From NCBI GenBank assembly GCA_963801165.1, contig CAWDDT010000010.1, positions 160,001 through 224,000 on the forward strand: DNA of 64,000 bases, given 5' to 3'. A program made the translations under genes and the position numbers. Positions within the stretch are counted from its first letter, which is position 1; each line of letters opens with the position of its first letter. Shown piece by piece: positions 21,087 through 31,492 of the stretch. The DNA comes from an uncultured bacterium (lineage in GTDB: Bacteria; Actinomycetota; Acidimicrobiia; Spongiisociales; UBA5794). The notes under the pieces were generated by a model. It was given only the letters and a program-made list of their open reading frames with translations, was not told the origin of the DNA and searched no databases.

Positions 21087-23642
21087 ATGAAGCCGCTCGA
21101 GACCTACTCCGTCGTTCCCAAGCTGCCGCAGACGCTGGAGCCCCTTCGCCGGGTGGTCTATGACCTGCATTGGTCCTGGAATCATGCCGCCATCGGCTTG
21201 CTCCGGAGGCTCGACCCCGACCTCTGGGAATCTACCGGCCACAACCCGGTGCTCATGCTCGGAACGATCAGCCAGGAGAAGCTGGACGCGGCGGAGGTCG
21301 ACCCGGCGTTTCTGTCTCATCTGGACAGCGTTGTCTCGGAGTTCGACGACTACGCGGCGGCGAAGTCGACCTGGTACGCACGTGTCCACGGTCCCAAGCG
21401 ACAGCTGGAGGTGGCGTATTTCTCTCTCGAGTTCGGGATCACCGAGTGTCTCTCGATCTTCGCCGGCGGTCTTGGCATCCTGGCGGGCGACCACCTGAAA
21501 TCCGCCAGCGACCTCGGGATACCGTTGACCGGCATCGGCCTCCTGTACCAGGAAGGGTATTTCCGCCAACAGCTCAACGAGGCAGGATGGCAGCAGGAAC
21601 GCTACGAGCCCAACGACTTTCACAACCTCCCTATCTCGAGAGTCCGCGACGACGGGGGCAAGCCGCTGGCCGTTGTAGTCCCGTTTCCCGATCGCGACGT
21701 GGTGGCTCTGGTGTGGAAGGCTCAGGTCGGTCGGGTGGCTCTGTACCTGCTCGACACGAACCACGATGCCAATTCCGCCGAGGATCGTCGCATAACCGAT
21801 CAGCTGTACGGCGGCTCACGTGAGACAAGGATGAAGCAGGAGCTCATGCTCGGGGTGGGTGGTTTCCGGGTTCTCGAGAAGCTCGGTATCCAGCCCACCG
21901 TGTACCACATGAACGAGGGGCACTCCGCCTTTCTCGTACTCGAGTGGATCAGCCGGAACATGACGAAGCTCGACCTCAGCTTTGCCGAGGCAAAGGAAGC
22001 CGCCGCCGGGCTCGTGTTCACAACCCATACTCCGGTGCCCGCCGGGCACGACTACTTCTCTCCGGACCTGGCTGCGCGATATCTTGGTCACTATGCCGCG
22101 GAGTTCGGGATTTCCCTGGATGACTTCCTCGCCCTGGGCCGTCGCAACCCGGAGGATCGCTTCGAGGAGTTCTGCAACACCATCCTGGCGCTGGACACGG
22201 CGGCGTACGCGAACGGGGTGAGCAAGCTGCACGGCGCCGTCAGCCGGGAGATGTGGACTGAGTTGTGGCCCGATCATCCCGTCGACGAGATCCCGATCAC
22301 GTCGATAACCAACGGCGTGCACGCCAAGACGTGGGTGTCGCAGGACATGCGCGATCTCTACGATCGATATCTAGGCCCGCAGTGGCGCGAGGAACCTGGC
22401 GACGTCGAGCTGTGGAAACGGGTGCGCGACATTCCACCCGCCGAGCTGTGGCGGACGCGGGAGCGGAGAAGAGAGCGGCTCGTCGCCTTTGCACGCCGTC
22501 GTCTCCGCCGCTCCCTGGCGTCGCGGGGAGCGCCGCAATCCGAGATCGATATGGCAGAGGTCGTGCTCAATCCCACCGTCCTCACGATTGGCTTTGGGCG
22601 TAGGTTCGCCACCTACAAGCGTGCCGACCTGATACTCCGCGACATGGACCGACTCATCGAGCTGATGCAGAACCCCGAAAGACCGGTGCAGCTCATCTTC
22701 GCCGGCAAAGCTCACCCGGCAGACGACGGCGGCAAGGAGCTGATCCGGCGCGTCATCGACCTCACCCGGAACCCGGAGGTTCGCCGTCACCTGGTTTTCA
22801 TCGCCGATTACGACATGTCGGTCGCCAGAGCGCTGGTGCAGGGTGCCGATGTATGGCTGAACACACCCGTCCGGCCTCTTGAAGCGAGCGGAACCAGCGG
22901 CATGAAGGCGGCCGTCAACGGTGTACTCAACCTGAGCACTCTCGACGGGTGGTGGGACGAAGCCTATGAGACCAGCGTTGGTTGGGCGATCGGAAGGCGT
23001 GAGCCCCACCCCGACCCGGAAGAGCGTGATCGCTTCGAGTCGCATGCGCTCTACGAGCTGATCGAGCGTGACGTGGCCCCACTGTTCTATGACCGCGGTG
23101 TCGATGGGCTTCCCAGGGGCTGGCTCACCAAGATGCAGAACGCGATGTCCACACTGAACAGCCAGTACAACACGCATCGCATGGTCCGCCAGTACACCGA
23201 GCGCTACTACCTGCCGGCCGGTGACCGGCAGAGGTTGCTCGGCGGAGGCGACGGGTCCCGGCCACGCGAGCTGGCGGCATGGAAGACCCGGGTGCGCAGA
23301 GCGTGGCCCCGGGTTCGGGTCGTGTCGATATCGAGCTCCCGGGCGGGCGAGGTCGCGGTGGGGGACGAGATGACCGTCACCGCCGAGGTCAACCTGGCGG
23401 GGATGACTCCCGATCAAGTGACGGTGGAGCTGTATCAGGGACCGGTCAACCCGTCGGGCGACATCGTCGGTGGTGTGACGACGGTCATGGAGCCGAACGG
23501 GGGGTCCGGTGACGTCCATACTTTCCAGGCTGCGGTGGTCTCGTTTCTCACCAGCGGCAAGCATGGCTACACGGTGCGGGTGTCGCCGTACCACCCCGAC
23601 CTGGCGAATCCCCATCAGATGGGATTGATGCGATGGGGCTAG
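21087..23642 (+). CDS. glgP: Alpha-glucan (glycogen) phosphorylase
   Basis: AYFSLEFG, GGLGILAGDHLKS, HMNEGH, RRFATYKR, EASGTSGMKAAVNG (PLP lysine). Confidence 0.97.
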   Translation: MKPLETYSVVPKLPQTLEPLRRVVYDLHWSWNHAAIGLLRRLDPDLWESTGHNPVLMLGTISQEKLDAAEVDPAFLSHLDSVVSEFDDYAAAKSTWYARVHGPKRQLEVAYFSLEFGITECLSIFAGGLGILAGDHLKSASDLGIPLTGIGLLYQEGYFRQQLNEAGWQQERYEPNDFHNLPISRVRDDGGKPLAVVVPFPDRDVVALVWKAQVGRVALYLLDTNHDANSAEDRRITDQLYGGSRETRMKQELMLGVGGFRVLEKLGIQPTVYHMNEGHSAFLVLEWISRNMTKLDLSFAEAKEAAAGLVFTTHTPVPAGHDYFSPDLAARYLGHYAAEFGISLDDFLALGRRNPEDRFEEFCNTILALDTAAYANGVSKLHGAVSREMWTELWPDHPVDEIPITSITNGVHAKTWVSQDMRDLYDRYLGPQWREEPGDVELWKRVRDIPPAELWRTRERRRERLVAFARRRLRRSLASRGAPQSEIDMAEVVLNPTVLTIGFGRRFATYKRADLILRDMDRLIELMQNPERPVQLIFAGKAHPADDGGKELIRRVIDLTRNPEVRRHLVFIADYDMSVARALVQGADVWLNTPVRPLEASGTSGMKAAVNGVLNLSTLDGWWDEAYETSVGWAIGRREPHPDPEERDRFESHALYELIERDVAPLFYDRGVDGLPRGWLTKMQNAMSTLNSQYNTHRMVRQYTERYYLPAGDRQRLLGGGDGSRPRELAAWKTRVRRAWPRVRVVSISSSRAGEVAVGDEMTVTAEVNLAGMTPDQVTVELYQGPVNPSGDIVGGVTTVMEPNGGSGDVHTFQAAVVSFLTSGKHGYTVRVSPYHPDLANPHQMGLMRWG

Positions 23643-23744
23643 GACCGATCATGACGACGCTCCGGGTTGGCACGGCACTGCAGCGTGTTACAATCAGCCG
23701 TGGACGTTCGTCCGCGCTTTCTCTCCTCAGAAGGAAATCTCTGC

Positions 23745-24002
23745 GTGAAAGACACGAAGACGACAATTGAAGAACACGGGCTGCACGACTCTGACACGGG
23801 TTCGCCCGAGGTCCAGGTCGCGCTGCTCACCGAGCGCATCAGCCATCTCACCGAGCATCTGAAGGTCAACAAAAAAGACCACCACAGCCGTCGGGGTTTG
23901 CTGATGATGGTCGGTAAGCGCAGACGGCTTCTCAAGTACCTCAGGAACCAGGATGTCGAGAGGTATCGCAACCTGATCGCCAGTCTGGGACTGAGGCGAT
24001 AA
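23745..24002 (+). CDS. rpsO: 30S ribosomal protein S15
   Basis: [13 protein letters not shown]...[11 protein letters not shown]...LGLRR. Confidence 0.99.
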   Translation: MKDTKTTIEEHGLHDSDTGSPEVQVALLTERISHLTEHLKVNKKDHHSRRGLLMMVGKRRRLLKYLRNQDVERYRNLIASLGLRR

Positions 24003-24106
24003 GAGACCTGCGAAGGTGGCGAGTATGCCGCCTTCTCCTGGCCTCACCGGAACGCAAGTTCCAACGGGAACCGACGGTTCCCGCGACAACAGGAGGGGTA
24101 AGCCCT

Positions 24107-24159
24107 CAGTTGCCAGTGGTCGGGTTTCAACCCGTCCGAAGCTCGACCACTGTCAATTG
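24107..24159 (+). promoter_or_regulatory. pnp leader hairpin (likely RNase III/PNPase autoregulation site)
   Basis: CAGTTG-C-CAGTGGTCG pairs with CGACCACTG-T-CAATTG. Further hairpins at 24012-24035 and 24065-24083. Confidence 0.55.
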
Positions 24160-24190
24160 TGCGCTCTCCCCCCGAACTAAGGAGACGCGC

Positions 24191-26572
24191 GTGGCAGAGA
24201 CCACAGTACGCGGTCGCATAGGCGACAAAGAGCTCGTTCTCACAACGGGCAAACTGGCTCTCCTCGCAGACGGCGCCGTAGTTGCCAGCATTGGCGAGAC
24301 GGACGTTCTTGTTACGGCCACAGCAAGCCGTACTCTGCGCGAGGGAGCGGATTTCTTCCCACTTACCGTGGATGTCGAGGAGAGGATGTACGCCGTCGGG
24401 CGGATCCCCGGTTCCTTCTTCCGCCGTGAGGGGCGGGCAACGGAGAGAGCGACGTTGACGGCACGACTCATCGACCGTCCGCTGCGGCCGTCGTTTCCGG
24501 ACGGCTTTCTCTACGAGACCCACGTCGTGGCGACGATCCTGTCGGCAGATCTCATCAACGACTATGACGTGGCGGCGCTCAACGCCGCATCGGCCGCACT
24601 GACGGCCAGCCCGATCCCATTCCTGGGGCCGATCGGCGCCGTGAAGCTCGCTTTGAGCAACGGCGAATGGATCGCGTTCCCGACCTTTGCGGAACTCGAG
24701 GAATCGGTGTTCGAGATCGTCGTCGCCGGCAAGCGCAATGCCGCCGGAGACGTCGACATAGCCATGGTCGAGGCCGGAGCAACCGAGAACGGGCACCGTA
24801 TGGTCGACGGCGGCCAGGCCCCCAGCGACGAGGAGAGCATCACGCGCGGTCTCGCGGAGGCCAAGCAATACATCGGCCAGATCATCGACCTCCAGCTCGA
24901 GTTGAAGGCCAAGGCCGGTGAGATCAAGGCGGTCGACTTTCCCCTGGCCGAGTCGTACAGCGAGGAGCTCTACGACCGCGTGGCGGCGATCGCCAAGCCG
25001 AAGTTCGGTTCCCTCGGCACCATCGTCGACAAGACCGAGCGGCAGGAAGCCGAGCGCCGGGTTGCTGACGAGACACTCGCAGGCCTCGCCATCCCCGAGG
25101 ATGACGCCGCCACGCTCGCTGCTGCCGGGAAGGCGATCAAGGCAGTGCACAAGAAGGTCATGCGTGAGCGCGTCGTCGCCGAAGGGATCCGCATGGACGG
25201 GCGTGGTCTCACCGACATCCGACCTCTCGATATCGAGGTCGGGCTGCTCGGCCAGGCGCACGGGTCGGCCATCTTCAAGCGCGGTGAGACCCAGGTGCTC
25301 AACACGACGACTCTCGGCATGCTGCGTATGGAGCAGATGCTCGACACGATCAGCCTGGAAGAGTCGAAGCGCTACATGCACCACTACAACTTCCCGCCGT
25401 TCGCCACCGGCGAGACCGGGTTCATGCGCGGCCCGAAGCGTCGCGAGATCGGGCACGGCGCGCTCGCCGAGAAGGCCTTGCTACCGGTGATTCCGCCGGT
25501 TGACGACTTCCCGTACGCATACCGGCTGGTGTCCGAGGTGCTGATGTCCAACGGGTCGAGCTCGATGGCGTCTGTATGCGGCTCTTCGCTGTCGCTGATG
25601 GACGCCGGGGTACCGATCGAGGCCCCGGTGGCCGGAATCGCTATGGGCCTGATCGAGCAGGACGGCAAGTACGTCACCCTGACCGACATTCTGGGCGCCG
25701 AGGATCATCTCGGCGACATGGACTTCAAGGTTGCCGGCACCCGGGACATGATCACGGCGCTCCAGCTCGACACCAAGATCGAGAGCCTCCCCGCCGAGGT
25801 GCTGGTACAAGCAATGGGCCAGGCACGCGAAGCCCGTCTGTTCATCCTGGACAAGATGGCTGAGGTCATTGCCGGGCCGCGCGACGAGCTCGCCGCCAAC
25901 GCACCGAAGATCGAAGCGATCGAGATCCCCAAGGACAAGATCGGCGAGGTCATCGGACCCAAGGGCAAGACCATCCGGGAGCTCGAAGAGGAGACCGGAG
26001 CAACCATCGAGATCGACGACGAGGGCATTGTCCGGGTCGGCGCCGCCGACACCGCCTCCATGAAGCTGGCGAAGGAGAGAATCCTTGCGATCGGTTTCCC
26101 GCCGGAGGCGAATGTCGGCGAAACGTACGACGGCGAGGTGGTCAACATCACCAAGTTCGGCGCCTTCGTGAATATCCTGCCCGGTCGGGATGGTCTGCTC
26201 CATATCTCGAAGATGGGTGGTGGCAGGCGTATCGACAAGGTCGAGGATGTGCTTGCGCTGGGTGACAAGGTCAGCGTTGTTGTTCGCGAGATCGATGACC
26301 GCGGTAAGGTCAGCCTTGACCTCGCCGATGGTGTTCAACTCGTTGACGAGAACACGCCCGCCGCCGAGGGTGGCGACCGGGCCGAGCATTCCGAGCGGCG
26401 CGACGGTGGTCGTGATCGCGGTGGTAGAGATCGTGATCGGGACCGGGGTCGCGGGCGCGACAGGGATCGCGGTCGGGACCGGAGCAGTCGTGACCGCGGT
26501 GACAGCCACAAGGAAGCCAGCCCGAATCGGACCGTCGTGTCCTTCGAGGACGATTTCGAGAAGGGTCTGTAG
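24191..26572 (+). CDS. pnp: Polyribonucleotide nucleotidyltransferase (PNPase)
   Basis: DFFPLTVD, RLIDRPLRP, RREIGHG, SNGSSSMAS, GDMDFKVAGT; KH and S1 domains; RD-rich tail. Confidence 0.99.
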   Translation: MAETTVRGRIGDKELVLTTGKLALLADGAVVASIGETDVLVTATASRTLREGADFFPLTVDVEERMYAVGRIPGSFFRREGRATERATLTARLIDRPLRPSFPDGFLYETHVVATILSADLINDYDVAALNAASAALTASPIPFLGPIGAVKLALSNGEWIAFPTFAELEESVFEIVVAGKRNAAGDVDIAMVEAGATENGHRMVDGGQAPSDEESITRGLAEAKQYIGQIIDLQLELKAKAGEIKAVDFPLAESYSEELYDRVAAIAKPKFGSLGTIVDKTERQEAERRVADETLAGLAIPEDDAATLAAAGKAIKAVHKKVMRERVVAEGIRMDGRGLTDIRPLDIEVGLLGQAHGSAIFKRGETQVLNTTTLGMLRMEQMLDTISLEESKRYMHHYNFPPFATGETGFMRGPKRREIGHGALAEKALLPVIPPVDDFPYAYRLVSEVLMSNGSSSMASVCGSSLSLMDAGVPIEAPVAGIAMGLIEQDGKYVTLTDILGAEDHLGDMDFKVAGTRDMITALQLDTKIESLPAEVLVQAMGQAREARLFILDKMAEVIAGPRDELAANAPKIEAIEIPKDKIGEVIGPKGKTIRELEEETGATIEIDDEGIVRVGAADTASMKLAKERILAIGFPPEANVGETYDGEVVNITKFGAFVNILPGRDGLLHISKMGGGRRIDKVEDVLALGDKVSVVVREIDDRGKVSLDLADGVQLVDENTPAAEGGDRAEHSERRDGGRDRGGRDRDRDRGRGRDRDRGRDRSSRDRGDSHKEASPNRTVVSFEDDFEKGL

Positions 26573-26588
26573 TACTCACCCTCAATTC

Positions 26589-26619
26589 ACTGAGGCCCCC
26601 GTTTTTCGGGGGCCTCAGT
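26589..26619. terminator. Hairpin terminator between convergent pnp and dodecin genes
   Basis: Perfect 13-bp stem ACTGAGGCCCCCG-TTTTT-CGGGGGCCTCAGT. Confidence 0.8.
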
Positions 26620-26644
26620 CGCGTCCGGGTATGCCCCGGCGGCG

Positions 26645-26851
26645 CTAGTCCTCGAGGATGAAGGTGAGCTTCATGTCTACCCGGAAGTGCTTGATAGTTC
26701 CGTCCTCTGCAAGGACGACCTTTTGCTCCGAAATCCAGGCCCCTCGAATACCATCGATCGTGCGCTGCGCTTTGGAGATGCCCTTGCGTATGGCGTCTTC
26801 AAAGGACCCGGGTGAGGTAGACGTGATTTCGATCACCTTCGCAACAGACAC
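26645..26851 (-). CDS. Dodecin-family protein
   Basis: SVAKVIEITSTSPGSFEDAI...FRVDMKLTFILE. Confidence 0.92.
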   Translation of the reverse strand: MSVAKVIEITSTSPGSFEDAIRKGISKAQRTIDGIRGAWISEQKVVLAEDGTIKHFRVDMKLTFILED

Positions 26852-26927
26852 TAGAGGCTCCTCTCATCGGGAGTGTCGTCGGCCTAGAGGGTACCGCGTC
26901 CCCGGTTCGCCAACTAGTTGGGGTCAG

Positions 26928-27116
26928 TTACCAGCGGTCGGCGAGCCTGGCACCGAGAAAACCGGCACCGGCAGCGCCGAGGAGCGCCATCAGCAGGGGA
27001 TTTACCCCGATCAACCAACCGATGAGCATGCCAACGATGCCACCGGCGAGAATGCCGACGCGCATTCCGTTCACCCAGTCGTAGTTGGTTCGGCCCTGCT
27101 TCTCTTTTGATTCCAT
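26928..27116 (-). CDS. Small glycine-rich two-TM membrane protein
   Basis: GILAGGIVGMLIGWLIG...LLGAAGAGFLG; ATG 27116 preferred as start. Confidence 0.6.
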   Translation of the reverse strand: MESKEKQGRTNYDWVNGMRVGILAGGIVGMLIGWLIGVNPLLMALLGAAGAGFLGARLADRW

Positions 27117-27218
27117 CCCCGCCAGCGTAACCCGGGCGAGCACCGCTGACTCGATCGGGCGGGAACCATTGTCGCTCGGGGTTACGTCCAACGGCTGCGA
27201 CGACAGGGAGCCGGGTCA

Positions 27219-28592
27219 ATGGCCGCACGAAACACAAAAGCAGCGTTGGTACTTCTCAGCTCGATGGTGTTGTTGCTAGCCGCCTGTGGCGGGAGTGACG
27301 AGGCCGACAGCGGGACCGCACTCAATTACACAGCCGCAGCGGCCAGCGGGCAGGTCGAGTCGCCCGAATACGACGCCGGACAAGACATCGGCTCGATTTC
27401 CGAGCAAGCGGGTTCTGACACGCTTGGCAGTGGGGGAGTTGACGGCACAGTCCTCGAGACCAGCACGCTGGGCAGGGAGATCATCTATACCGCCGACATG
27501 ACCGTTGCAGTCGCCGATGTGGCAGCGGCAAGCGCCGAGGCAACCCGAATAATCGAGGAAATGGGCGGATACCTCTTCGGTCAGGAGAGTACGGGTGCCC
27601 CCGAGCCGCATAGCGTGCTCACGTTCAAGGTGCTGCCCGGTGACTTCCAGCAGGCGCTGGCAAGCCTCGGCTCCGTTGGGGAGATCCGCACTCAGAACAT
27701 ATCCACCGACGACGTGACCGAGCGGGTAGTCGATCTCGAATCGCGAATCTCCACTGCCGAGACGAGCGTGGCGCGGTTGAAGGGCTTCCTCGAAAAGGCT
27801 GAGGACATAGAGGCTATCGCCGCGCTCGAGAGCCAACTCCTCGAGCGCGAGACCGATCTCGAGACAATGCGGGGGCAGCTTCGCACGCTCCAGGACCGGA
27901 TCGACCTTGCAACGATATCGCTGACTCTCACCGAGGCGCTCAGCAAGCCGGGTCTCTCCCTGGAAGTGACCGGTTCCCCCGGTCATGATGACGGCATCTC
28001 CTGCCCTGCGAGCGGGGCGATCTCGGTGGAGGAGGGGGAGCCGGCGACAGTTTGTTTCGAGATCGTCAACTCCGGGGACACCCCGCTTGCCGGTTTCGAG
28101 CTGAAGGACACGGTGCTCGAGGTCGAACTCGGCGATCTGATCGTGGTGTGGGGTGATCCCAATGGTGTCCTGGAGCCAGGGCAGTCGATGGTGCTCGCCT
28201 ATGAGACCACGGTCGAGCGCAGCCTCCGCACCCAGGCAAGAGTGAGCGCCGTGCCGGTGGATCAGGACGGCAACCGGGTCGAGGGTCGCGAGGTGGCCAG
28301 CACGTCGGTGATGAGCATCACTGCCGAGGATCCCGGTGGTTTGCCCGGATTCCGGGATGGTCTCGATGCCAGCTGGAACGCCCTGCAATGGATCGGCGGG
28401 GTGGTCGTCCTACTCGCAGGCGCCGTTCTGCCGTTTGTGATCCCGCTGGTCCTGTTGGCGGCGCTGGTGCTCTGGATCGTCGGAAGGCGTCCGGAGAAGG
28501 CATCGGCTGAGGCGCCAACACCTCCCCGGGACGGGGAACGGGACGGTGCAGAACCCCAGGAATCCGAAGCTGCAGAGGATGCTGAGGCCTAG
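27219..28592 (+). CDS. DUF4349-domain lipoprotein with inserted Ig-like domain and C-terminal TM
   Basis: Lipobox LAAC; IIYTADMTV...DDVTERVVDLESRI coiled coil; CFEIVNSGDTPL...LEPGQS Ig-like insert. Confidence 0.8.
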   Translation: MAARNTKAALVLLSSMVLLLAACGGSDEADSGTALNYTAAAASGQVESPEYDAGQDIGSISEQAGSDTLGSGGVDGTVLETSTLGREIIYTADMTVAVADVAAASAEATRIIEEMGGYLFGQESTGAPEPHSVLTFKVLPGDFQQALASLGSVGEIRTQNISTDDVTERVVDLESRISTAETSVARLKGFLEKAEDIEAIAALESQLLERETDLETMRGQLRTLQDRIDLATISLTLTEALSKPGLSLEVTGSPGHDDGISCPASGAISVEEGEPATVCFEIVNSGDTPLAGFELKDTVLEVELGDLIVVWGDPNGVLEPGQSMVLAYETTVERSLRTQARVSAVPVDQDGNRVEGREVASTSVMSITAEDPGGLPGFRDGLDASWNALQWIGGVVVLLAGAVLPFVIPLVLLAALVLWIVGRRPEKASAEAPTPPRDGERDGAEPQESEAAEDAEA

Positions 28593-28602
28593 AAGGTGCC
28601 CC

Positions 28603-28631
28603 TTGCCTATCGAACATATGTTCGATAGGCT
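28603..28631 (+). promoter_or_regulatory. LexA (SOS) box TCGAACATATGTTCGA (28610-28625) within promoter TTGCCT-17-TAGGCT
   Basis: Matches the actinobacterial TCGAAC-N4-GTTCGA consensus; part of a perfect 26-bp palindrome at 28605-28630. Confidence 0.92.
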
Positions 28632-28655
28632 GTGAGCCCCAACGAGGCGGAGAGG

Positions 28656-29306
28656 GTGGCGGCAGAGACGGTACGTCTAGAGCATTTCAAAGGGAACGCC
28701 GCCGCGTTTTCTCGAGATTTGCTGGCATTGCAACCGGGGCGGGTGACCGGGCTCATCGGGCATCCCGGATTCGGGTTGACCAGGCTTGGGCTCACCATGC
28801 TGGCATCCCGGGAACAACTAGGCACGGTTGCCTATCTGGATGTGAGAGGCTGGCTCAGCCCACCGGCTGCCTGGGAAGCCGGTGTCTCCCCGGAGCGGTT
28901 GGTGGTGGTGCGGTGTGACGATCCGGTACGTTGGGCCCGGGTCGCCTCCCACCTGCTCGAAGGAGTCGGGGCCCTATACGCCGAGGTCCCGTCCCGTACA
29001 AAATCCGCCCATCTCCACAAACTGGTGGCGCTGGCCCGCAACCGGAGGACCCCACTGGTGCTGCGCCCGCTCCAGGGTGATCTTCCCGACGGTATGGCCC
29101 ATCTCCGTCTCGAGGCACGCCGGGTGATCTGGGAAGGGCCAGAGCGTGGCCACGGCAGGCTCACCCACCGCCGGCTCGTCTTTGAGGCGTCGGGTAAAGC
29201 AATGAGGGGTATGACGAGGCTCATAGAGGTGGAGGACGATGGAACGAACGCTATGCGTTTGGTTTCCGGATTGGCCGTTGCGCCGTCCGGACGTGCCACC
29301 GGCTGA
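28656..29306 (+). CDS. imuA: ImuA'-like RecA-fold accessory protein
   Basis: Degenerate P-loop GHPGFGLT, AAWEAGVSPERLVVV; follows the SOS box and precedes imuB. GTG 28656 has an RBS. Confidence 0.78.
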   Translation: MAAETVRLEHFKGNAAAFSRDLLALQPGRVTGLIGHPGFGLTRLGLTMLASREQLGTVAYLDVRGWLSPPAAWEAGVSPERLVVVRCDDPVRWARVASHLLEGVGALYAEVPSRTKSAHLHKLVALARNRRTPLVLRPLQGDLPDGMAHLRLEARRVIWEGPERGHGRLTHRRLVFEASGKAMRGMTRLIEVEDDGTNAMRLVSGLAVAPSGRATG

Positions 29307-30726
29307 GCCTTGCCAGGCGGTCGATGGCAACAACCTCGTCGTGGCCGTCAACCGGTTGGCGACCGAGGCGGGCATCCGGGTGGGGATGCGACGTCGTGAG
29401 GCCGAAGCCGTGTGCCCGACCGTGGTGACCATCGAGCATGATCCCGGTGCCGAGATGGCTCGCTTCGAGCGTGTTGCCGTCGCCGTCGAGACTCTGATTC
29501 CCCGCATCGAGGTGATTGCTCCCGGTCTGATCCTGGCTCCGGTCACCGGTGCCGTTCGCTACTTCGGGGGAGAGGTGCCGCTTGTCGACCGGGTCGACAA
29601 GGAGATCGGCGCCGTCTCCGGGTCGGGTTATCGCCTCGGGCTCGCCGCCGGTCCCTTTGCCGCCCGCCGCGCCGCCGAGATGGCCACCGATGGCGATCCG
29701 ATCTACATCGTCACCGACGACGACGAGTTCCGCAGTGCGCTCGACGTGGCCGCCCTAGGTAGTGAGGACATGGCTGCGGTGTTCCGTTGGCTCGGGATAA
29801 GCACGCTGGGGGAGTTGGCGGCATTGCCGCGGGAAGCGGTTGTATCTCGTTTTGGTGTCGACGGGCTACGGGCGCACCAGTTGGCTTGTGGGGAGGATCG
29901 GGAGACCCGTGATCGGGTCATCGCCGATGATCTGGGCGTCGAGGAGAGGTTCGATCCACCGCTCGAGAACCTGGAGCAGGTGGCCTTCGTGGCCAGAGCC
30001 ATCGCCCACCAGTTGCTCACCGCACCGGCGTTGAGTGGTGCCACCCCGCATCGTGTCGAGGTGGAGGCGGAAGCGGCAGACGGGGCGATTCGCACCAGAA
30101 CCTGGCGTAGCGCCGATCCCTTTGACGAGCGCATGCTGGCGGAGCGAGTGCGATGGCAGCTCCAGGCATGGCTGGATACCGCCCGGATGCGAAGCGGTCC
30201 CGGGATCCGGGGCGGATTGGTCCGGCTCAGGGTCATGCCGGCCGATCTGTCCGACCGTGGTCGGCAACTCGCTCTCGATGAGGACGCCCTGTCGGCGGCG
30301 GAGGCACAGCGCGCTTTTGCCCAGACCCAGGCGCTGGTTGGCAACGATGGCGTGCTCCGGGCGATCCCTCAGGGTGGGCGCGATCCGGGAGAGAGGGTGC
30401 TCTGGTACCGGTGGGGGGAGAGCCCACCAGCTCCGGAGCGTGATCCCGCTTCTCCATGGCCGGGACAGATCCCGGCTCCGCTGCCTTCGCTTGTGCCGCC
30501 CGACCCATACCCGCTGGAAGTCGAATGGGACGGCGGGATCCCCACCCGGGTACGGTTGGGTAGTCGCTGGGTGGAGGTTCTGTCGTGGGCAGGCCCCTGG
30601 CGCAAGGTGGGGCGTTGGTGGGACGGGGAGCGGCCGGCGGATCGATACCAGCTGGTCACCTCGGCCGGGGCGTTCCTATGTGCCGTCATCGAGGGCAAGA
30701 CCTACATGACAGGGGTCTACGACTGA
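29239..30726 (+). CDS. imuB: ImuB inactive Y-family polymerase-like protein
   Basis: LCVWFPDWPL, GIRVGMRRREAEAVCP, RQLALD clamp-like motif, PWPGQIPAPLP, AGPW...RWW...GVYD. Confidence 0.9.
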   Translation: MERTLCVWFPDWPLRRPDVPPAEPCQAVDGNNLVVAVNRLATEAGIRVGMRRREAEAVCPTVVTIEHDPGAEMARFERVAVAVETLIPRIEVIAPGLILAPVTGAVRYFGGEVPLVDRVDKEIGAVSGSGYRLGLAAGPFAARRAAEMATDGDPIYIVTDDDEFRSALDVAALGSEDMAAVFRWLGISTLGELAALPREAVVSRFGVDGLRAHQLACGEDRETRDRVIADDLGVEERFDPPLENLEQVAFVARAIAHQLLTAPALSGATPHRVEVEAEAADGAIRTRTWRSADPFDERMLAERVRWQLQAWLDTARMRSGPGIRGGLVRLRVMPADLSDRGRQLALDEDALSAAEAQRAFAQTQALVGNDGVLRAIPQGGRDPGERVLWYRWGESPPAPERDPASPWPGQIPAPLPSLVPPDPYPLEVEWDGGIPTRVRLGSRWVEVLSWAGPWRKVGRWWDGERPADRYQLVTSAGAFLCAVIEGKTYMTGVYD

Positions 30727-31451
30727 TGAAGCTCGTGAAACTGGGCGTCGATGGTCTCATAGACACGGCTTCGCAGCATATCGATGTCCCTGACAGTCAG
30801 GTCGGCGGTGGGGATGGGCTCGTTGATGATCACGTTGGCGCGGCCCTTGTAGAACAGCTTGGAACCGGGCGGCCATACCTCCCAGGTGCCGTTGATCGTG
30901 ACCGGCACCACAGGCAAGCCCGTAGCGATGGCCATCCGGAAGGCCCCTTTCTTGAACGGGTGCAACTCACCGTCGCGGCTACGGGTGCCCTCGGCGAATA
31001 CGATCAGCGAATAGCCGCTGGCCTTGGCCCGGGCCACCCCCTCGTTGATGGCGGCATAGGACGAAACGCCTGCGCCACGGTCGATCTTGACGATACCGGC
31101 GACGTGGAGAGCCTGGGCGAACACCGGTATCTTGTAGACCTCCTTCTTGGCGAGATACCTGATCGGAGTCGGGATCGCCCGGAACAACAGGGGGACGTCG
31201 AAGTTGGAGAGATGGTTGGAGAGGAAGAAGTACTGAGTACCCGGTTTGACGTGCTCGGACCCTGTGACTGTGTAGGCGACCGGCGGAACCAGCAGGAACA
31301 ACCTGCTCCAAACCTGCACGAACAACTCGCCCACGCGTCGCAGCCGCAGCGTCATCACGAGGATGAACAACGCCGAGATGATGATCGTGAAGAGCAGGAA
31401 CAGCGGCACCGCGATGGCGGACTTGATACTCAACAGGATCTTTCGCAGCAT
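30717..31451 (-). CDS. plsC: 1-acyl-sn-glycerol-3-phosphate acyltransferase family
   Basis: NHLSNFD, FAEGTRS, FKKGAF. Confidence 0.9.
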   Translation of the reverse strand: MLRKILLSIKSAIAVPLFLLFTIIISALFILVMTLRLRRVGELFVQVWSRLFLLVPPVAYTVTGSEHVKPGTQYFFLSNHLSNFDVPLLFRAIPTPIRYLAKKEVYKIPVFAQALHVAGIVKIDRGAGVSSYAAINEGVARAKASGYSLIVFAEGTRSRDGELHPFKKGAFRMAIATGLPVVPVTINGTWEVWPPGSKLFYKGRANVIINEPIPTADLTVRDIDMLRSRVYETIDAQFHELHQS

Positions 31452-31492
31452 TGGGGTAGCGTAGTTCCCCGGAACGGGAGGACGGAGGGCGA

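Noticed and set aside
26395-26510. RD/RG-rich repeats at the pnp 3' end
   Set aside because: In-frame low-complexity tail of a kind common in actinobacterial PNPases; not a separate element.
28632-28655. ORF-track start of imuA' at GTG 28632
   Set aside because: It abuts the predicted -10 hexamer and would precede the TSS. GTG 28656 has a GGAGAGG RBS.
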